Of a stretch of DNA of 64,000 bases, positions 39,398 to 50,500 are shown piece after piece; the stretch's first letter is position 1, and each line of letters opens with the position of its first letter. The notes beneath the pieces were generated by a model that was given only the letters and a program-made list of their open reading frames with translations, was not told the origin of the DNA and did not search any database. This stretch comes from a virus, in IMG/VR virus record IMGVR_UViG_3300030397_000229, positions 42,972 to 106,971 of that record; one strand, given 5' to 3'. Made by a program: the position numbers and the translations under genes.

Positions 39398-42354
39398 TGA
39401 CTTTATCATTACGCCAGTACCAGCGGGTCTATGATAGATTTTTGTTGGAATTCTTGCGAGAGGGTAAAGTCCCTACCTTTGATGAGGTACTGGTACGTGC
39501 CGGTGATGAGCTTCCTGATCCCAGTAAGCCTATAGCTCCTATCTATCAGTTCACACCTCAAACTAAGAGGGCTGTATTTGATATCCTCAATCACAACAGG
39601 TCTGTCAGGAATATCAAGACTGACCTTGAGTTGCTATTTGATGAGCTGAACCAGATACAGCTACAGAACATTACTCGTATTATCAATGCAGATCTGTTTG
39701 AGCACGTGCATTCTCATGAGCTCAACGTACTAACCAAACAACTCGACGCGCTACTATTCGCTTTAGAAGGAGCAGATGATAGCTTCTTTGCTAGGTTTGA
39801 GAGTTTTGATGATTTAACAAAAATTGACCTTGACAAGTCTACCCCAGGCATAGTGGATACCCACGAGGGAGCTCTAGCCCTACCTATAGGTCTAGCAGGT
39901 ACGTTCAAGATACCTCTTGAGCACCTGTCCTCCCTAAATAACACTCCGATTACCATCAGTGATTCTGCTGCGACCAACCTGGGTAATATACCAGGTACAC
40001 GATTTGGCAATATCTTCGCAGACTCCACGAATGCCTGGGGTGTGACTATTGAGTCTCCTAATGGAGGCCCACTTGAAGTTGAGTTCACCTTCCGACTCGC
40101 CAGGGAGGAGTTCATCAACAGGATGACCCTATTACACCATGGTCCTAACCAGCAGCGAGCCATTATAGCTACTAGTGTAGACAATGCCAATAGGGATCTT
40201 ATCCTAGAGTACTCAGAGGGTGTCCTGCTCTCACAACAGGCTGACCTCGTGTCTCTAGACTTTGATGACAAGCTGGTAGATTTCGTGCATGTGACCTTAG
40301 CTAAGGACACGCCGGACAGCTTTGATTCAGACCGCAATATACATACATACACATTTGGACTGAGAAACATCAGTATATATACTACTGGTAGAGCAAGGGA
40401 GGGTACATACGTATCTAAGGCATTTGAGTTTGATGAGGTAGATTCAGTGGGTCTGGTGGGTATATCAGCCAATGAACTACTGCCTGACAACACATCTGTC
40501 GACTGGTCTGTGGGTATAGTGGACGAGAATGACCAGGTGGTAGGCTCATTTATGCCTATTACACCTCAGTCTAGAAACGTCAGCTCTGGTCCACCCAAGA
40601 CTGTTAGTATACAGGACATTATAGAGAATCAAAAGATCTTTAGATCCACAGATGACAGCTTCACGAATATACTGTCCTTCAATAACATAGACTTCTATAA
40701 GGTCACCACCATAGACACACCCCCAGTGTTTGGCAGTGCCTTCTTATTCAGGGGTATACGCTCTTGGCTGAGGGATCAGTCCGAGGCAGTCAACCCTGTC
40801 CTAGTCAAGGACAACTATATACCCTTCTCCAAGGGTGATACCCAATCACTGTATAAGATCAGACAGGAGGTGGCGCCTGCTAACACTATAACAAACGATG
40901 CTGGTGAAGTCCAGACCGTCGTTGTGGTAGCAAATCCCCCGCTATATGACCAGGCCAAGGGACACTCGCTGATACCAGGTGAGGGCATAGATCCTGGACA
41001 GGACACACAACCTAACTATGCTGTATTGCTAGCTCAACTGAGCAATGCTCCCCTCACAGCAATCAAAGCAGGTCAGGACTTCTCTGCGGCCAACCCCGTA
41101 GACCTAGGAGTTAAGAATATACTATATAATACAGCCGGTGACATAGAGGTTAAGGATGAGTCGATAGAACGTATCTTCCTTGATGGCACTGACTACATTG
41201 TAGAGTTCACTGACGGCTTCCCGACAGGTAGAATACGTGCTCTGCCTGACTCTGATCTACTTGGGTACACAGATGATGAGGGTGTGGACCACCAGCCCAT
41301 CGTCAGTATCACATACAAGATAGATCCTGACATCAGTAGGTTTATCAGCAGTATAGCCAACTCACAGATCTACTTCGACTTCGATATCAGCACTCTGGGG
41401 CTCACACAGGCTGTCATCAAGTACAGGTTTGTTACCCCTAAGGTCATTAAGTCCTCAGTAAAGGCCAAAAAGCTGTTTGGTACTGTGAACTCCTCTGATA
41501 TATTTGTTCAGGGCGTGGACTATATCTTTGATGAGAGGACCAGCACCATACAGAGACTGACCACTGGCTCCATTGATCCAGGACAGGATATATACCTGGA
41601 CTATAAATTCAATGATATCTCAGACCAGCTAGAGCAGTTCTTCGTCTGGGCTCATGTTGACGATTTAGACGGAGTCAACATAGTGACGGCCAGAAAGAGG
41701 TCTACTGACCTGTCCGTACAGTCCACTCTGGACCCAGAGACAGACAGAGGAGAGGAGCTGTTCGTCAGTATTCCCGGAGTAGGCCTAGTTAACCTCAACA
41801 AGGCCGTAGAATGGCCCAAGTTGACAGGGTGGGTCCAATTCGTAGTAAAGTCCATCCCGCCAGAGGAGGACCTGGAGGGCAGTAGAGAGCCTCTCATACA
41901 CCAGGTCATTAAATTGAAGGATGAGGACGGAGACTTCATATTTGTCCAAGGCGGTAAATATTTTAGTGATCTGACTGCTATCAGGGAGCCCCTGAACCAA
42001 GTCGGATTCCAGTTCTTGAAGACAAATGTCCTCAAGAATGATGATAGATTCTTCGCTGTTAGGACCGTCAACCTAACGCCAGATATAACAGAGAACCAGG
42101 TCATAGTCAATTTCAAGCCAAACGAGAGTGAGAAGCTGTATCAGTACTCTCCAATACCTGACGTGGTAGGAGAGACCGGCGTGCTGAGTATCTATCCCAT
42201 CAAGGAGGAATGGAAGGTAGTTTGGTCAAATAGAGAGACGACTGTGGGATCATTCAACAAGGTAGTGGTGCGAGCTATGCTCACCAGGACAGCCGAAGCT
42301 GGTGGCAATGTCACACCCAAGGTATTTGACTATTTTGTCAAGGCAGGATTCTAA
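39397..42354 (+). CDS. Structural protein, paralog C
   Basis: 985 aa with 'HNRSVRNIKTDLELLF', 'YTFGLRNI...GTYVSK' and C-terminal 'VTPKVFDY'. Confidence 0.6.
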   Translation: MTLSLRQYQRVYDRFLLEFLREGKVPTFDEVLVRAGDELPDPSKPIAPIYQFTPQTKRAVFDILNHNRSVRNIKTDLELLFDELNQIQLQNITRIINADLFEHVHSHELNVLTKQLDALLFALEGADDSFFARFESFDDLTKIDLDKSTPGIVDTHEGALALPIGLAGTFKIPLEHLSSLNNTPITISDSAATNLGNIPGTRFGNIFADSTNAWGVTIESPNGGPLEVEFTFRLAREEFINRMTLLHHGPNQQRAIIATSVDNANRDLILEYSEGVLLSQQADLVSLDFDDKLVDFVHVTLAKDTPDSFDSDRNIHTYTFGLRNISIYTTGRAREGTYVSKAFEFDEVDSVGLVGISANELLPDNTSVDWSVGIVDENDQVVGSFMPITPQSRNVSSGPPKTVSIQDIIENQKIFRSTDDSFTNILSFNNIDFYKVTTIDTPPVFGSAFLFRGIRSWLRDQSEAVNPVLVKDNYIPFSKGDTQSLYKIRQEVAPANTITNDAGEVQTVVVVANPPLYDQAKGHSLIPGEGIDPGQDTQPNYAVLLAQLSNAPLTAIKAGQDFSAANPVDLGVKNILYNTAGDIEVKDESIERIFLDGTDYIVEFTDGFPTGRIRALPDSDLLGYTDDEGVDHQPIVSITYKIDPDISRFISSIANSQIYFDFDISTLGLTQAVIKYRFVTPKVIKSSVKAKKLFGTVNSSDIFVQGVDYIFDERTSTIQRLTTGSIDPGQDIYLDYKFNDISDQLEQFFVWAHVDDLDGVNIVTARKRSTDLSVQSTLDPETDRGEELFVSIPGVGLVNLNKAVEWPKLTGWVQFVVKSIPPEEDLEGSREPLIHQVIKLKDEDGDFIFVQGGKYFSDLTAIREPLNQVGFQFLKTNVLKNDDRFFAVRTVNLTPDITENQVIVNFKPNESEKLYQYSPIPDVVGETGVLSIYPIKEEWKVVWSNRETTVGSFNKVVVRAMLTRTAEAGGNVTPKVFDYFVKAGF

Positions 42355-42830
42355 TGCAAAAGCTTATTTTATACTTCATGTTGGCACTAATGATTTCTAT
42401 ACCGGTTGGATGCGCCGGTCTAAAGCCAAGCCTAAATGACCCTGCATTCAGGGACGAGATACATGACTTCAGAGTAGAACTTGAACCTCTGATTGACGAA
42501 TATTTCCTGCTCACTAGGCCAGACGGCCAGAGCGATAGCTGGGAGAGGCTAAAGGAACAGCTAGATGTGGTTGCCACTGTATGGGATGCCTATCTAGATG
42601 ACCCTACAGACGAGAATAAGAGTGAGCTTGTTCTCATGCTGAGTCTGGCGTTGGATCTAACAGATGCCATGTTGCCTCATATCACCGGTGATGAAGAGAA
42701 GGTGCTCACTATACGCCTTGGTATCAGAGCTATACAGCTAGCTATACGCAGAGCTGCTAGAAACCTCGATGAGCCAGAACTAGAGGCTGAAGCAACTCGC
42801 AGTATGGCTGCATTTAAAGCAGTGGAGTAA
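42354..42830 (+). CDS. Predicted lipoprotein, helical, unknown function
   Basis: Signal peptide with lipobox 'LMISIPVGC' followed by an all-alpha mature region. TAATG-coupled. Confidence 0.55.
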   Translation: MQKLILYFMLALMISIPVGCAGLKPSLNDPAFRDEIHDFRVELEPLIDEYFLLTRPDGQSDSWERLKEQLDVVATVWDAYLDDPTDENKSELVLMLSLALDLTDAMLPHITGDEEKVLTIRLGIRAIQLAIRRAARNLDEPELEAEATRSMAAFKAVE

Positions 42831-42833
42831 GAC

Positions 42834-44156
42834 ATGACCCAGGAACTTAGAATAGTCCAGCCCCGTATTAAGCGGAGGCCTGCTAGATTTAGAGGACCAC
42901 TGTCCTCAGAGGAGTATAATGACATTCAGGATGAGGTATTCTCTGACATCATAGCCCTGTCTACTGCTGTCAATACCAACAACAACCTGCTAGTCAACTC
43001 ACTCAACCAGATCTACCAGGAGCTCCAGAATATACGTGGTAGGACCTCCCAATTAGAGGAGAAGGATGGTTACAGGGAGTTTGTTTATGGTAGCCATGCT
43101 GTCAATATTGATAAGTACCTGGATTTCCATGATGCTACTCCCATCAACTTCCCTGCAACAGTGCCTGCTGACAAGGCTGCCTCATATAAGAGTCAGTTTG
43201 GTGAGATAGCACTGCCCATAAATGCAGTGGAAAACAAGTTCTATAACTTCTCCCTCAGAACCTCAGAAATCATCATTCCATCCGACTTCTCAGCTGAAGC
43301 AAATGGTATATTTGACAAGGCTGATGGCAATGGCACTCAAGACTATGAGAGTGGTGGTCTGGTTAATGAGGGAGAGGTGAAGAACGCGTTCAACGGTATC
43401 AATGAGACCGTATGGTCGCGCACTGTTACGTTCCCCCTGGAGTCTGACGTAGATGAGGTTGAGGTACAGCTCACAGCTGTAGTCCCAGCAGGCATATCTT
43501 CGCAGGCTAACCTCTTAGAGGTGGTCCCTTATCCAGAGGGCAACGTAGATATCACGTCACTGTCTACTGCTGGTGACTTAGGGGAGTCCTTCCTGATGGT
43601 GGATAACTTTGGTGAGCTAAATAACGCTGTAGCCAAGAGATTCCACTTCTCTCCACGTAATGTAGAGCAGGTAAGGATACGACTCAGGTCTAGAAACTGG
43701 CAGGAAGTCAATGGCAAGAAGGTATTTACCTATGGGCTCAGAGAAATGGGCCTCAAGCTAGTAGATTACAAGAAGGAATTTATAGATTCAGATGGCTTCG
43801 GACAAAATCCGACGGTGGTGGTACAAATTTCCCCGCCCAGTAACCACTCATTCAACACCCTCTTCAGGGTCGACCCGGTACCGAATTTCCTCCTGGAGGA
43901 CGTATCAAAAAGACATGTTAGACTACGTCTATCGTCAACTCCTGACCTCTCCGGGACGATATGGGACTCCGCGGTTGACATACCACCTCAGCTTGGCGTG
44001 GGCACCGGCATTGACCTGGGTGGCGTATCCAACCTATATGGGATTTATACACTCAGATTCGTCGAAAACTCAGGTGGGTTCCAATCGCCCTTCCCAGTGG
44101 GTACCACACCTACAGTGAACGGACTAGGCCTACTATTTAAGGCTATACCAAACTAA
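42834..44156 (+). CDS. Structural protein, distant paralog D
   Basis: 440 aa with 'RFRGPLSSEEYN...DIIAL' and 'FTYGLREM' matching the family motifs. Confidence 0.55.
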   Translation: MTQELRIVQPRIKRRPARFRGPLSSEEYNDIQDEVFSDIIALSTAVNTNNNLLVNSLNQIYQELQNIRGRTSQLEEKDGYREFVYGSHAVNIDKYLDFHDATPINFPATVPADKAASYKSQFGEIALPINAVENKFYNFSLRTSEIIIPSDFSAEANGIFDKADGNGTQDYESGGLVNEGEVKNAFNGINETVWSRTVTFPLESDVDEVEVQLTAVVPAGISSQANLLEVVPYPEGNVDITSLSTAGDLGESFLMVDNFGELNNAVAKRFHFSPRNVEQVRIRLRSRNWQEVNGKKVFTYGLREMGLKLVDYKKEFIDSDGFGQNPTVVVQISPPSNHSFNTLFRVDPVPNFLLEDVSKRHVRLRLSSTPDLSGTIWDSAVDIPPQLGVGTGIDLGGVSNLYGIYTLRFVENSGGFQSPFPVGTTPTVNGLGLLFKAIPN

Positions 44157-44159
44157 TAG

Positions 44160-46277
44160 ATGGCTATTGAGGACTCGTTAGACGAGCTTACAGGCTTATA
44201 TAATACTATAAGTGGTGATCTTAGTGGTCTCACTGATAGGGTTGATGTATTGGACACAACCATCAACCTGACACCTAGCCTTACAGACTTCTCTAACTAC
44301 ACCTCAACAGTCAACGCTAATATATCTGCTATTCAGTCGATCAACACCTCACAGCAGAGTGAGATCGATCTGATTCTGGAGAGAATACCCCTGATATCAG
44401 GCCTATCAGGGGTCACTCCAACACAGACAGTTACACTAGCAAACTTCAGCTCTTATACGTCTACGGTTAACGCTAACCTAGACGCTATTGAGGCTGTTAA
44501 TACAGCTCAGCAGGTCACGATTGACTCTCTAGTACAGCGTATTACGACTGTAACAGGTGAGCGTGGCCCTGAGGGTGCCCCAGGAACAGGAGCCGTCACT
44601 AACCTTGGCAACCTCGTAGAAATACAGACTGGGGCCATGACCAGTGGTGAGATCCTGTTCCATGATGGCAACTATTTTGTCAACACAGGCTTACAAGATC
44701 AGATTGGCAACCATACTCATGTCATAGCTGACACCACGAACCTGGAGACGGTGCTAGGTGACCTGACAGGAGCCGATCAAGACACTAATTTCCACCTAAA
44801 TAACGTCTCTGGCTACCTAGATGATGTGTCTGGTGATGTCACTACCAACGCGACCAGTATCACTACTAACGCTGGTGACATAGACTATGTACAATTTGAA
44901 CTAGGCAATCTATCTGGCTTTGTGACCACTGTTTCAGGACAGGCAGCTGCCACAGAGCTGAACGGACTCACAGATGTAGTCATCACTGGCCCAGCTAGTG
45001 GTGATCTTCTAGAGTATGATGGGAATACATGGGTAAATACAGGTGATTTAGGCAATGAGGTGGCTGCTAACACAGCTAACATAGCTACTAATGTCACTGA
45101 TATAGCGACTAACGCAGGAGATATAGATTATGTAGAAAGAGAGCTCGGTAACCTCTCAGGTCACTCTGCAACAGCCTCAGGCAACGCAGAATATGTCCAC
45201 AGAGAGCTGGGCAACCTATCCGGACACGTGTCAACCATCTCTGGTAGCGTAGATACCAACACTACAAACATATCTACCAACACCACTGACATTGCCACTA
45301 ACGCTGGGGACATAGATTACCTCGAACTAGAGCTCGGGAATCTATCAGGACATAGTGCTACGGCCTCTGGTAACGCTGATTATGCTCAGGATGAGCTCGG
45401 CAACTTGTCTGGCTTTGTAGCTGAGATATCGGGTAGCGTGGATACAAATACCACCAATATATCCACTAACACCACTAATATCTCGACAAATACCACAGAT
45501 ATAGCTACAAATGTAGGCGATATAGCGTACGCACAGGCAGAGCTAGGAAATCTGTCGGGCTTCGTAAGTACCATTTCTGGTGATGTAGACACTAACACAA
45601 CAAACATCTCCACGAACAGCTCAAATATCACCACAAATGCAGCGGATATAGACTACGTTGAATTTGAGCTGGGTAACCTCTCTGGCTTCGTCTCCACCGT
45701 GTCAGGCAATGCTAATACTAATGGTACTGACCTAGATTATACGCATTTCGAGCTCGGAAATCTCTCTGGGTTTGTGTCTGAGATCTCTGGCAGTGTTGAC
45801 ACCAATACTACCAACATATCTAGTAACGATGATGACATAGCGACCAATGCAGGTGACATAGGATACCTGGAATTAGAGCTTGGAAACCTGTCTGGTCATG
45901 TTACTACAGTGTCTGGTGTCGCTGATCTGAATGACGCAGAGATAGTAGATCTGTCAAACTCCATTGACCATATATCAGGGCAGCTAACAGGTCATGGTGA
46001 GCGTACTATAACGATGGAACTAGGTCAGATGCCCGCGTCAGCAGGTACTACCCTGATACCTCATGGTTTAACTATAGACTTCGATGAAAAGGTGGAGATA
46101 TATGGCTCTATGAACTCTCAGCATGCACAGCCTATAGCTATCACACTGCCATATCTACTCCTGTCACCTCTTCAAACTGTAGCCCTAAGTGTAACAGACA
46201 CTGATGTGCAGATCATCAACAATGTAGACTTCTCAAACTTCACAGGATACTGTAGAATATCCTACACACCGGCATAA
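44160..46277 (+). CDS. Trimeric coiled-coil tail fibre with repeats
   Basis: 705 aa with IxxNTxx heptads, nine ELGNLSG repeats, a short collagen stretch GERGPEGAPG and a C-terminal 'TLIPHGLT' domain. Confidence 0.75.
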   Translation: MAIEDSLDELTGLYNTISGDLSGLTDRVDVLDTTINLTPSLTDFSNYTSTVNANISAIQSINTSQQSEIDLILERIPLISGLSGVTPTQTVTLANFSSYTSTVNANLDAIEAVNTAQQVTIDSLVQRITTVTGERGPEGAPGTGAVTNLGNLVEIQTGAMTSGEILFHDGNYFVNTGLQDQIGNHTHVIADTTNLETVLGDLTGADQDTNFHLNNVSGYLDDVSGDVTTNATSITTNAGDIDYVQFELGNLSGFVTTVSGQAAATELNGLTDVVITGPASGDLLEYDGNTWVNTGDLGNEVAANTANIATNVTDIATNAGDIDYVERELGNLSGHSATASGNAEYVHRELGNLSGHVSTISGSVDTNTTNISTNTTDIATNAGDIDYLELELGNLSGHSATASGNADYAQDELGNLSGFVAEISGSVDTNTTNISTNTTNISTNTTDIATNVGDIAYAQAELGNLSGFVSTISGDVDTNTTNISTNSSNITTNAADIDYVEFELGNLSGFVSTVSGNANTNGTDLDYTHFELGNLSGFVSEISGSVDTNTTNISSNDDDIATNAGDIGYLELELGNLSGHVTTVSGVADLNDAEIVDLSNSIDHISGQLTGHGERTITMELGQMPASAGTTLIPHGLTIDFDEKVEIYGSMNSQHAQPIAITLPYLLLSPLQTVALSVTDTDVQIINNVDFSNFTGYCRISYTPA
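44898..45896 (+). repeat. Nine ELGNLSG-centred coding repeats
   Basis: Counted directly in the translation. All nine copies use different codon strings. Confidence 0.9.
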
Positions 46278-46278
46278 T

Positions 46279-47031
46279 ATGATTCCCTTTCAGATTCAAG
46301 CCCTAACGAGGACATCTCCTCCTTCCACCTACTCAGCAGGCCATGCATACCTTATAAATGGCGCTGGTGCTGGTGCGTGGGCAGGCCACGGACCGGATGA
46401 ATGGGCTATTGCACTAACTGATAGCACTGTTGGTGGTGTGTGGGTCTTCTCTGAGGTACAGCCAGGCTTCGTTTTTCATGATGTAAACATAGGAACGGAG
46501 ATGATAGTCACCAACACAGGCAGTGTGTTCAAGACATTGCTAGCCTACAATAGTGGTGAGCTGGCTGATGGGCATATTGTAGTGTTTTCCGGTGATTGCT
46601 GGATAAACAGAGAGAATCATCACCATTTCTTAGACGGGAATGAAGATGATGATCATCCACAATATGTAGTGGGTGATAATACACGAGCAACGACCGGTGC
46701 AATTACTTTCAACTACATAGAACATGGTCATTTAAGTGGCTCTGGCGGTGAGGCTACTGCTACTATAGACTGGAATGAGAGTTTAAAACAGCAGGGCACG
46801 GTTATTCACAGCCCCACGGACATATCATTTGTAGACCCTATAGATGCTTGTAGTTTGACCCTCAGGATAGACAACGACAACGCCACAGGTAGTATATCTT
46901 GGCCAACTGGAGTCCTATGGCCTGCTGGTACCACAGGAGCAGTTTCGGCTGAGGCTGGCACTGTCGATATATTCTCATTCTTCTTTGATGGTACTACATA
47001 TCACGGCCAAGTAGCTAAGGACTTCTCTTAA
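46279..47031 (+). CDS. Tail fibre-associated protein (DUF2793-like N-terminus)
   Basis: 'PPSTYSAGHAYLINGAGAGAWAGH...GGVWVF' and C-terminal 'ISWPTGVLWPAG...VDIFSFFFDGTTYHG'. Confidence 0.6.
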   Translation: MIPFQIQALTRTSPPSTYSAGHAYLINGAGAGAWAGHGPDEWAIALTDSTVGGVWVFSEVQPGFVFHDVNIGTEMIVTNTGSVFKTLLAYNSGELADGHIVVFSGDCWINRENHHHFLDGNEDDDHPQYVVGDNTRATTGAITFNYIEHGHLSGSGGEATATIDWNESLKQQGTVIHSPTDISFVDPIDACSLTLRIDNDNATGSISWPTGVLWPAGTTGAVSAEAGTVDIFSFFFDGTTYHGQVAKDFS

Positions 47032-47585
47032 TGGCTCTACCCGTAACACAGCAGACTACCCAAAACAACCAAGATGGCATGATTGCAGCCTGTTCAGGCC
47101 TTACTCAGGCTAATAAGGCTGTCCAGGGGAGACTCAAGAGGTTGGGTCCTCCGTCTACTACTTCTGATCAGATAACGCTCACTAGTGGGCAAACTGATGT
47201 ACGTGGCGTGCACATGCAGTCGCGTCCTAATGAGCCAGGAGAGGTAGATTGGGAAGCAGGACAGTGGGTTTATAGACTTAGAGTCTCCATTGCTAATGCT
47301 AATATAACCTGGGACTCAATACATATATGCAGGATAGACAACGGAGGTACCTCATTAGCCACTGTAGCCTCAAAAGCACAGAGCATAGCCCTAGATACTG
47401 CTCAAGTCTATGAGGTCATACTAGAGGGTGTAGCTACAACAGGATCTAAGACAGATGAGATCTATATAGTTTGTGGATTTACGAATAAGACAGGCGCCAG
47501 TCAGACAGCTACGTTTGTTCTGGATCAGGAGATAGATACCCCTATAGGTGCTGGTGGTGCAGTAGCCTTTGGGTCCAATTTTTAA
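47031..47585 (+). CDS. Hypothetical tail-associated protein
   Basis: 184 aa, TAATG-coupled between fibre genes, predicted beta-rich. Confidence 0.55.
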   Translation: MALPVTQQTTQNNQDGMIAACSGLTQANKAVQGRLKRLGPPSTTSDQITLTSGQTDVRGVHMQSRPNEPGEVDWEAGQWVYRLRVSIANANITWDSIHICRIDNGGTSLATVASKAQSIALDTAQVYEVILEGVATTGSKTDEIYIVCGFTNKTGASQTATFVLDQEIDTPIGAGGAVAFGSNF

Positions 47586-47594
47586 GGTGGATGG

Positions 47595-50500
47595 ATGGCC
47601 TTATTAACCGCTACATTCAAGATTACCAAGGGTCGAGGTGTACTCGATGTTGATGCGTTCATTAGAAGCGCTATTGGTAGAGATGTAAGCTTAATTCGGG
47701 GCCTGGATGCAGTATCCCTAAATGACTCCACCACTCAGATAACTCTGAGCTATCTCGACAGGCCTGAGTCTGTTGTAGACATTACTAACCCCATACAGGG
47801 GCTTCTGGCAGGCACTGGAGACGGTCCTGATCAGTACTATATACAGTATACTGCTCCTATACAATTTAGCAGTGTTACTGGCGGTAGTCAGGTTCTATTC
47901 AATGATCTAGAACTGACCGAAACAGACAGATTCTTCCTAGAAGCAGAGTCTGCTAGCCATATTGTGGCTGTCAATATCTCTGGTCTGTACAGCGATACAG
48001 GCGCAGATGTCCACAATATGATAGTCGATGACACAGTCCTCGATCTCAAGGGAAATAAGCAGCCACACTCACATCTGGGTGGTTTTACTGTCACACCTGC
48101 TGCTTCCTCTTACTTAGGTCACGAAGAGGTCTATCCTGCTAACCAGAGAAGAGGTGTAGTCAAGCTCAGATACACCACAATTGACACATCTGTTGCTACT
48201 GACCGCCTAGTAAAGGAGAGAGTGGGGCCAGGCAAGGAGCTTATAGCCTTTGCTACAGCCAAGAAATCAGAGAAGACCACCGAGCTATTTATGCTGGTCC
48301 TGGAGAGGCCAGAGCCACGCATAGTAGAGACCTATCCACCTCTGGGGGCTCTGTATCCTAAGGACACTCCTGTTGATACAGTTCATCTCACCTTCGCTCA
48401 GGACCTAGATAGAGATCAGGTCGAAAATGAGCCTATTTTGTCCCTGAATGAGTTCTTCGGGACTACTACTCAGGTGAGCACCAGCTATGTGTCACTGCTA
48501 AGTGACGACAGAACTGTCAAATTCAAGATATTGGAGTTCCTTGACGATAATGCAATCGTCAACCAGTATCCTAGTGTAATCATACAGACTGGCCTGAAGA
48601 CAGACGCGGGTGTCCTACTGTCTAAGCCCTATCTTATACCCTATGCCAACAATGTCAATCTAGCTAGGGCTGATGTGACAGGTGGCACCATCTCTGGCTC
48701 CTCTGCCACTGGTGTAGCTACTGCATTTGGTGACCTAACTGACGTAGATCTTGGTACTCTAGGTAGTGGTGAGCTACCTGAGTATGATGGTACACGATGG
48801 GTGAACACAGGTACTGTCAGAGATCGTCTAGATGGTCATGATGATGACATAGACAAGAATGCCTTTGATATAGATAACGTATCAGGCGACACTGATAGGA
48901 ATACCGACGACATAGGTGATCTGTCCGGCCATCTGGGTCGTGTGTCTGGTCAGACAGATGACAATACGGACGATATATCTGATAATTCCTTCCATATCAA
49001 CAATATATCGGGTTATCTAGATGATGTATCAGGTCAGCTTGTTGACGTCATTGATGACCTTGATGATGTCATAGTTGGCACCCCCTCTAGTGGTGATATA
49101 CTAGAGTATGACGGTACTAATTGGATAGCCACTGGGAATGATGGTAGCGACACAGGTATACCTCCGCTCGTAGACCTGTCAGACGTTAGCATAGCAGGCC
49201 CTGTAGACGGTGATGTGCCGACTTGGGATGGTAGCAACTGGGTTAACAGAGCAAGCGACACAGGTCAGCCACCCATTGATGACTTAGATAATGTCGACAT
49301 CACTGATCTGAGTGTTGATGACATACTTCAGTACGATGGAAACAACTGGATAGCTACAGGCAATGATGGAGGTGACACGGGCATTCCGCCTCTTGTCGAT
49401 CTCGCTGATGTTAACGTTGCTGGTCCATTAGATGGAGATAGTGTGCAATGGGACGGTGGTTCTAGTACTTGGGTGAACAGGCCCAGTGACACTGGTACTC
49501 CACCTATTGATGATCTCATCAACGTTGATATCACAGATCTTGGCGCTAATGATATCCTCCAATATGATGGCAATAATTGGATAGCAACGGGCAATGATGG
49601 TGGAGATACAGGTATCCCGCCTTTAGTAGATCTGACCGATGTCTCTATAGCTGGCCCAAGTGACGGTGACTTTGTAGCCTGGGACACCGCAGGTGATCAG
49701 TTTACTAATAGGCCTTCAGATACAGGCCAACCACCTGTTGATGACCTAATCAATGTAGATATTACTGACCTCTCTTCTGGTCTAGTACTTGAATACGATG
49801 GCACTGCTTGGGTAGCCACCGGCATAGGTGGTATGGACGGCGCAGATACTGGTATTCCACCCCTGGTAGACCTATCTGATGTAAGCATAGCAGGTCCAGC
49901 TGATGGCGACTTTGTGGGGTGGGACACAGATGGCAATGGTTTCGTTAACAGGCCCAGCCATACAGGCTTCCCACCTGTAGGAGACCTCACAGACGTTACA
50001 CTTGGTGGCTCATCACTTAGTAGTGGCGATGTCATGCGCTGGGATGGTGGTAGTGATTGGATAAACGACCCAGATCTTGGTCGTGAGGTGGATAAGCACG
50101 GCTATGACATTGGCAACATCTCTGGGTATCTAGATGATGTCTCTGGTGATGTGCCAACCTTTATTAATGATCTAGATGATGTGCTCGTACTCACCCCATC
50201 TGAGGGTCAGCAGCTTGAGTACTCATCAGATCTAAGTAGATGGGTCAATAGACCAGGAGACACTGGTGAGCCACCTCTAGTTAATCTAGCAGATGTCAGT
50301 CTTGGAAGTCCCAGTGACGGAGATGCAGTCACATGGGATACAGCAGGAGATCAATGGGTTGGTAGGCCAAGTGACACAGGTCAACCGCCAATAGATGACC
50401 TGATAAACGTTGATATCACCGACCTGTCATCTGGGCATATACTGGAGTATGATGGAACTGCCTGGGTTACTACTGGCTTAGGTGATATGGATGGTAGTGA

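Noticed and set aside
44800-45990. Dense N-X-S/T sequons as N-glycosylation sites
   Set aside because: Largely explained by the known IxxNTxx (Asn-at-d) trimeric coiled-coil motif, in which the Asn is buried in the core.
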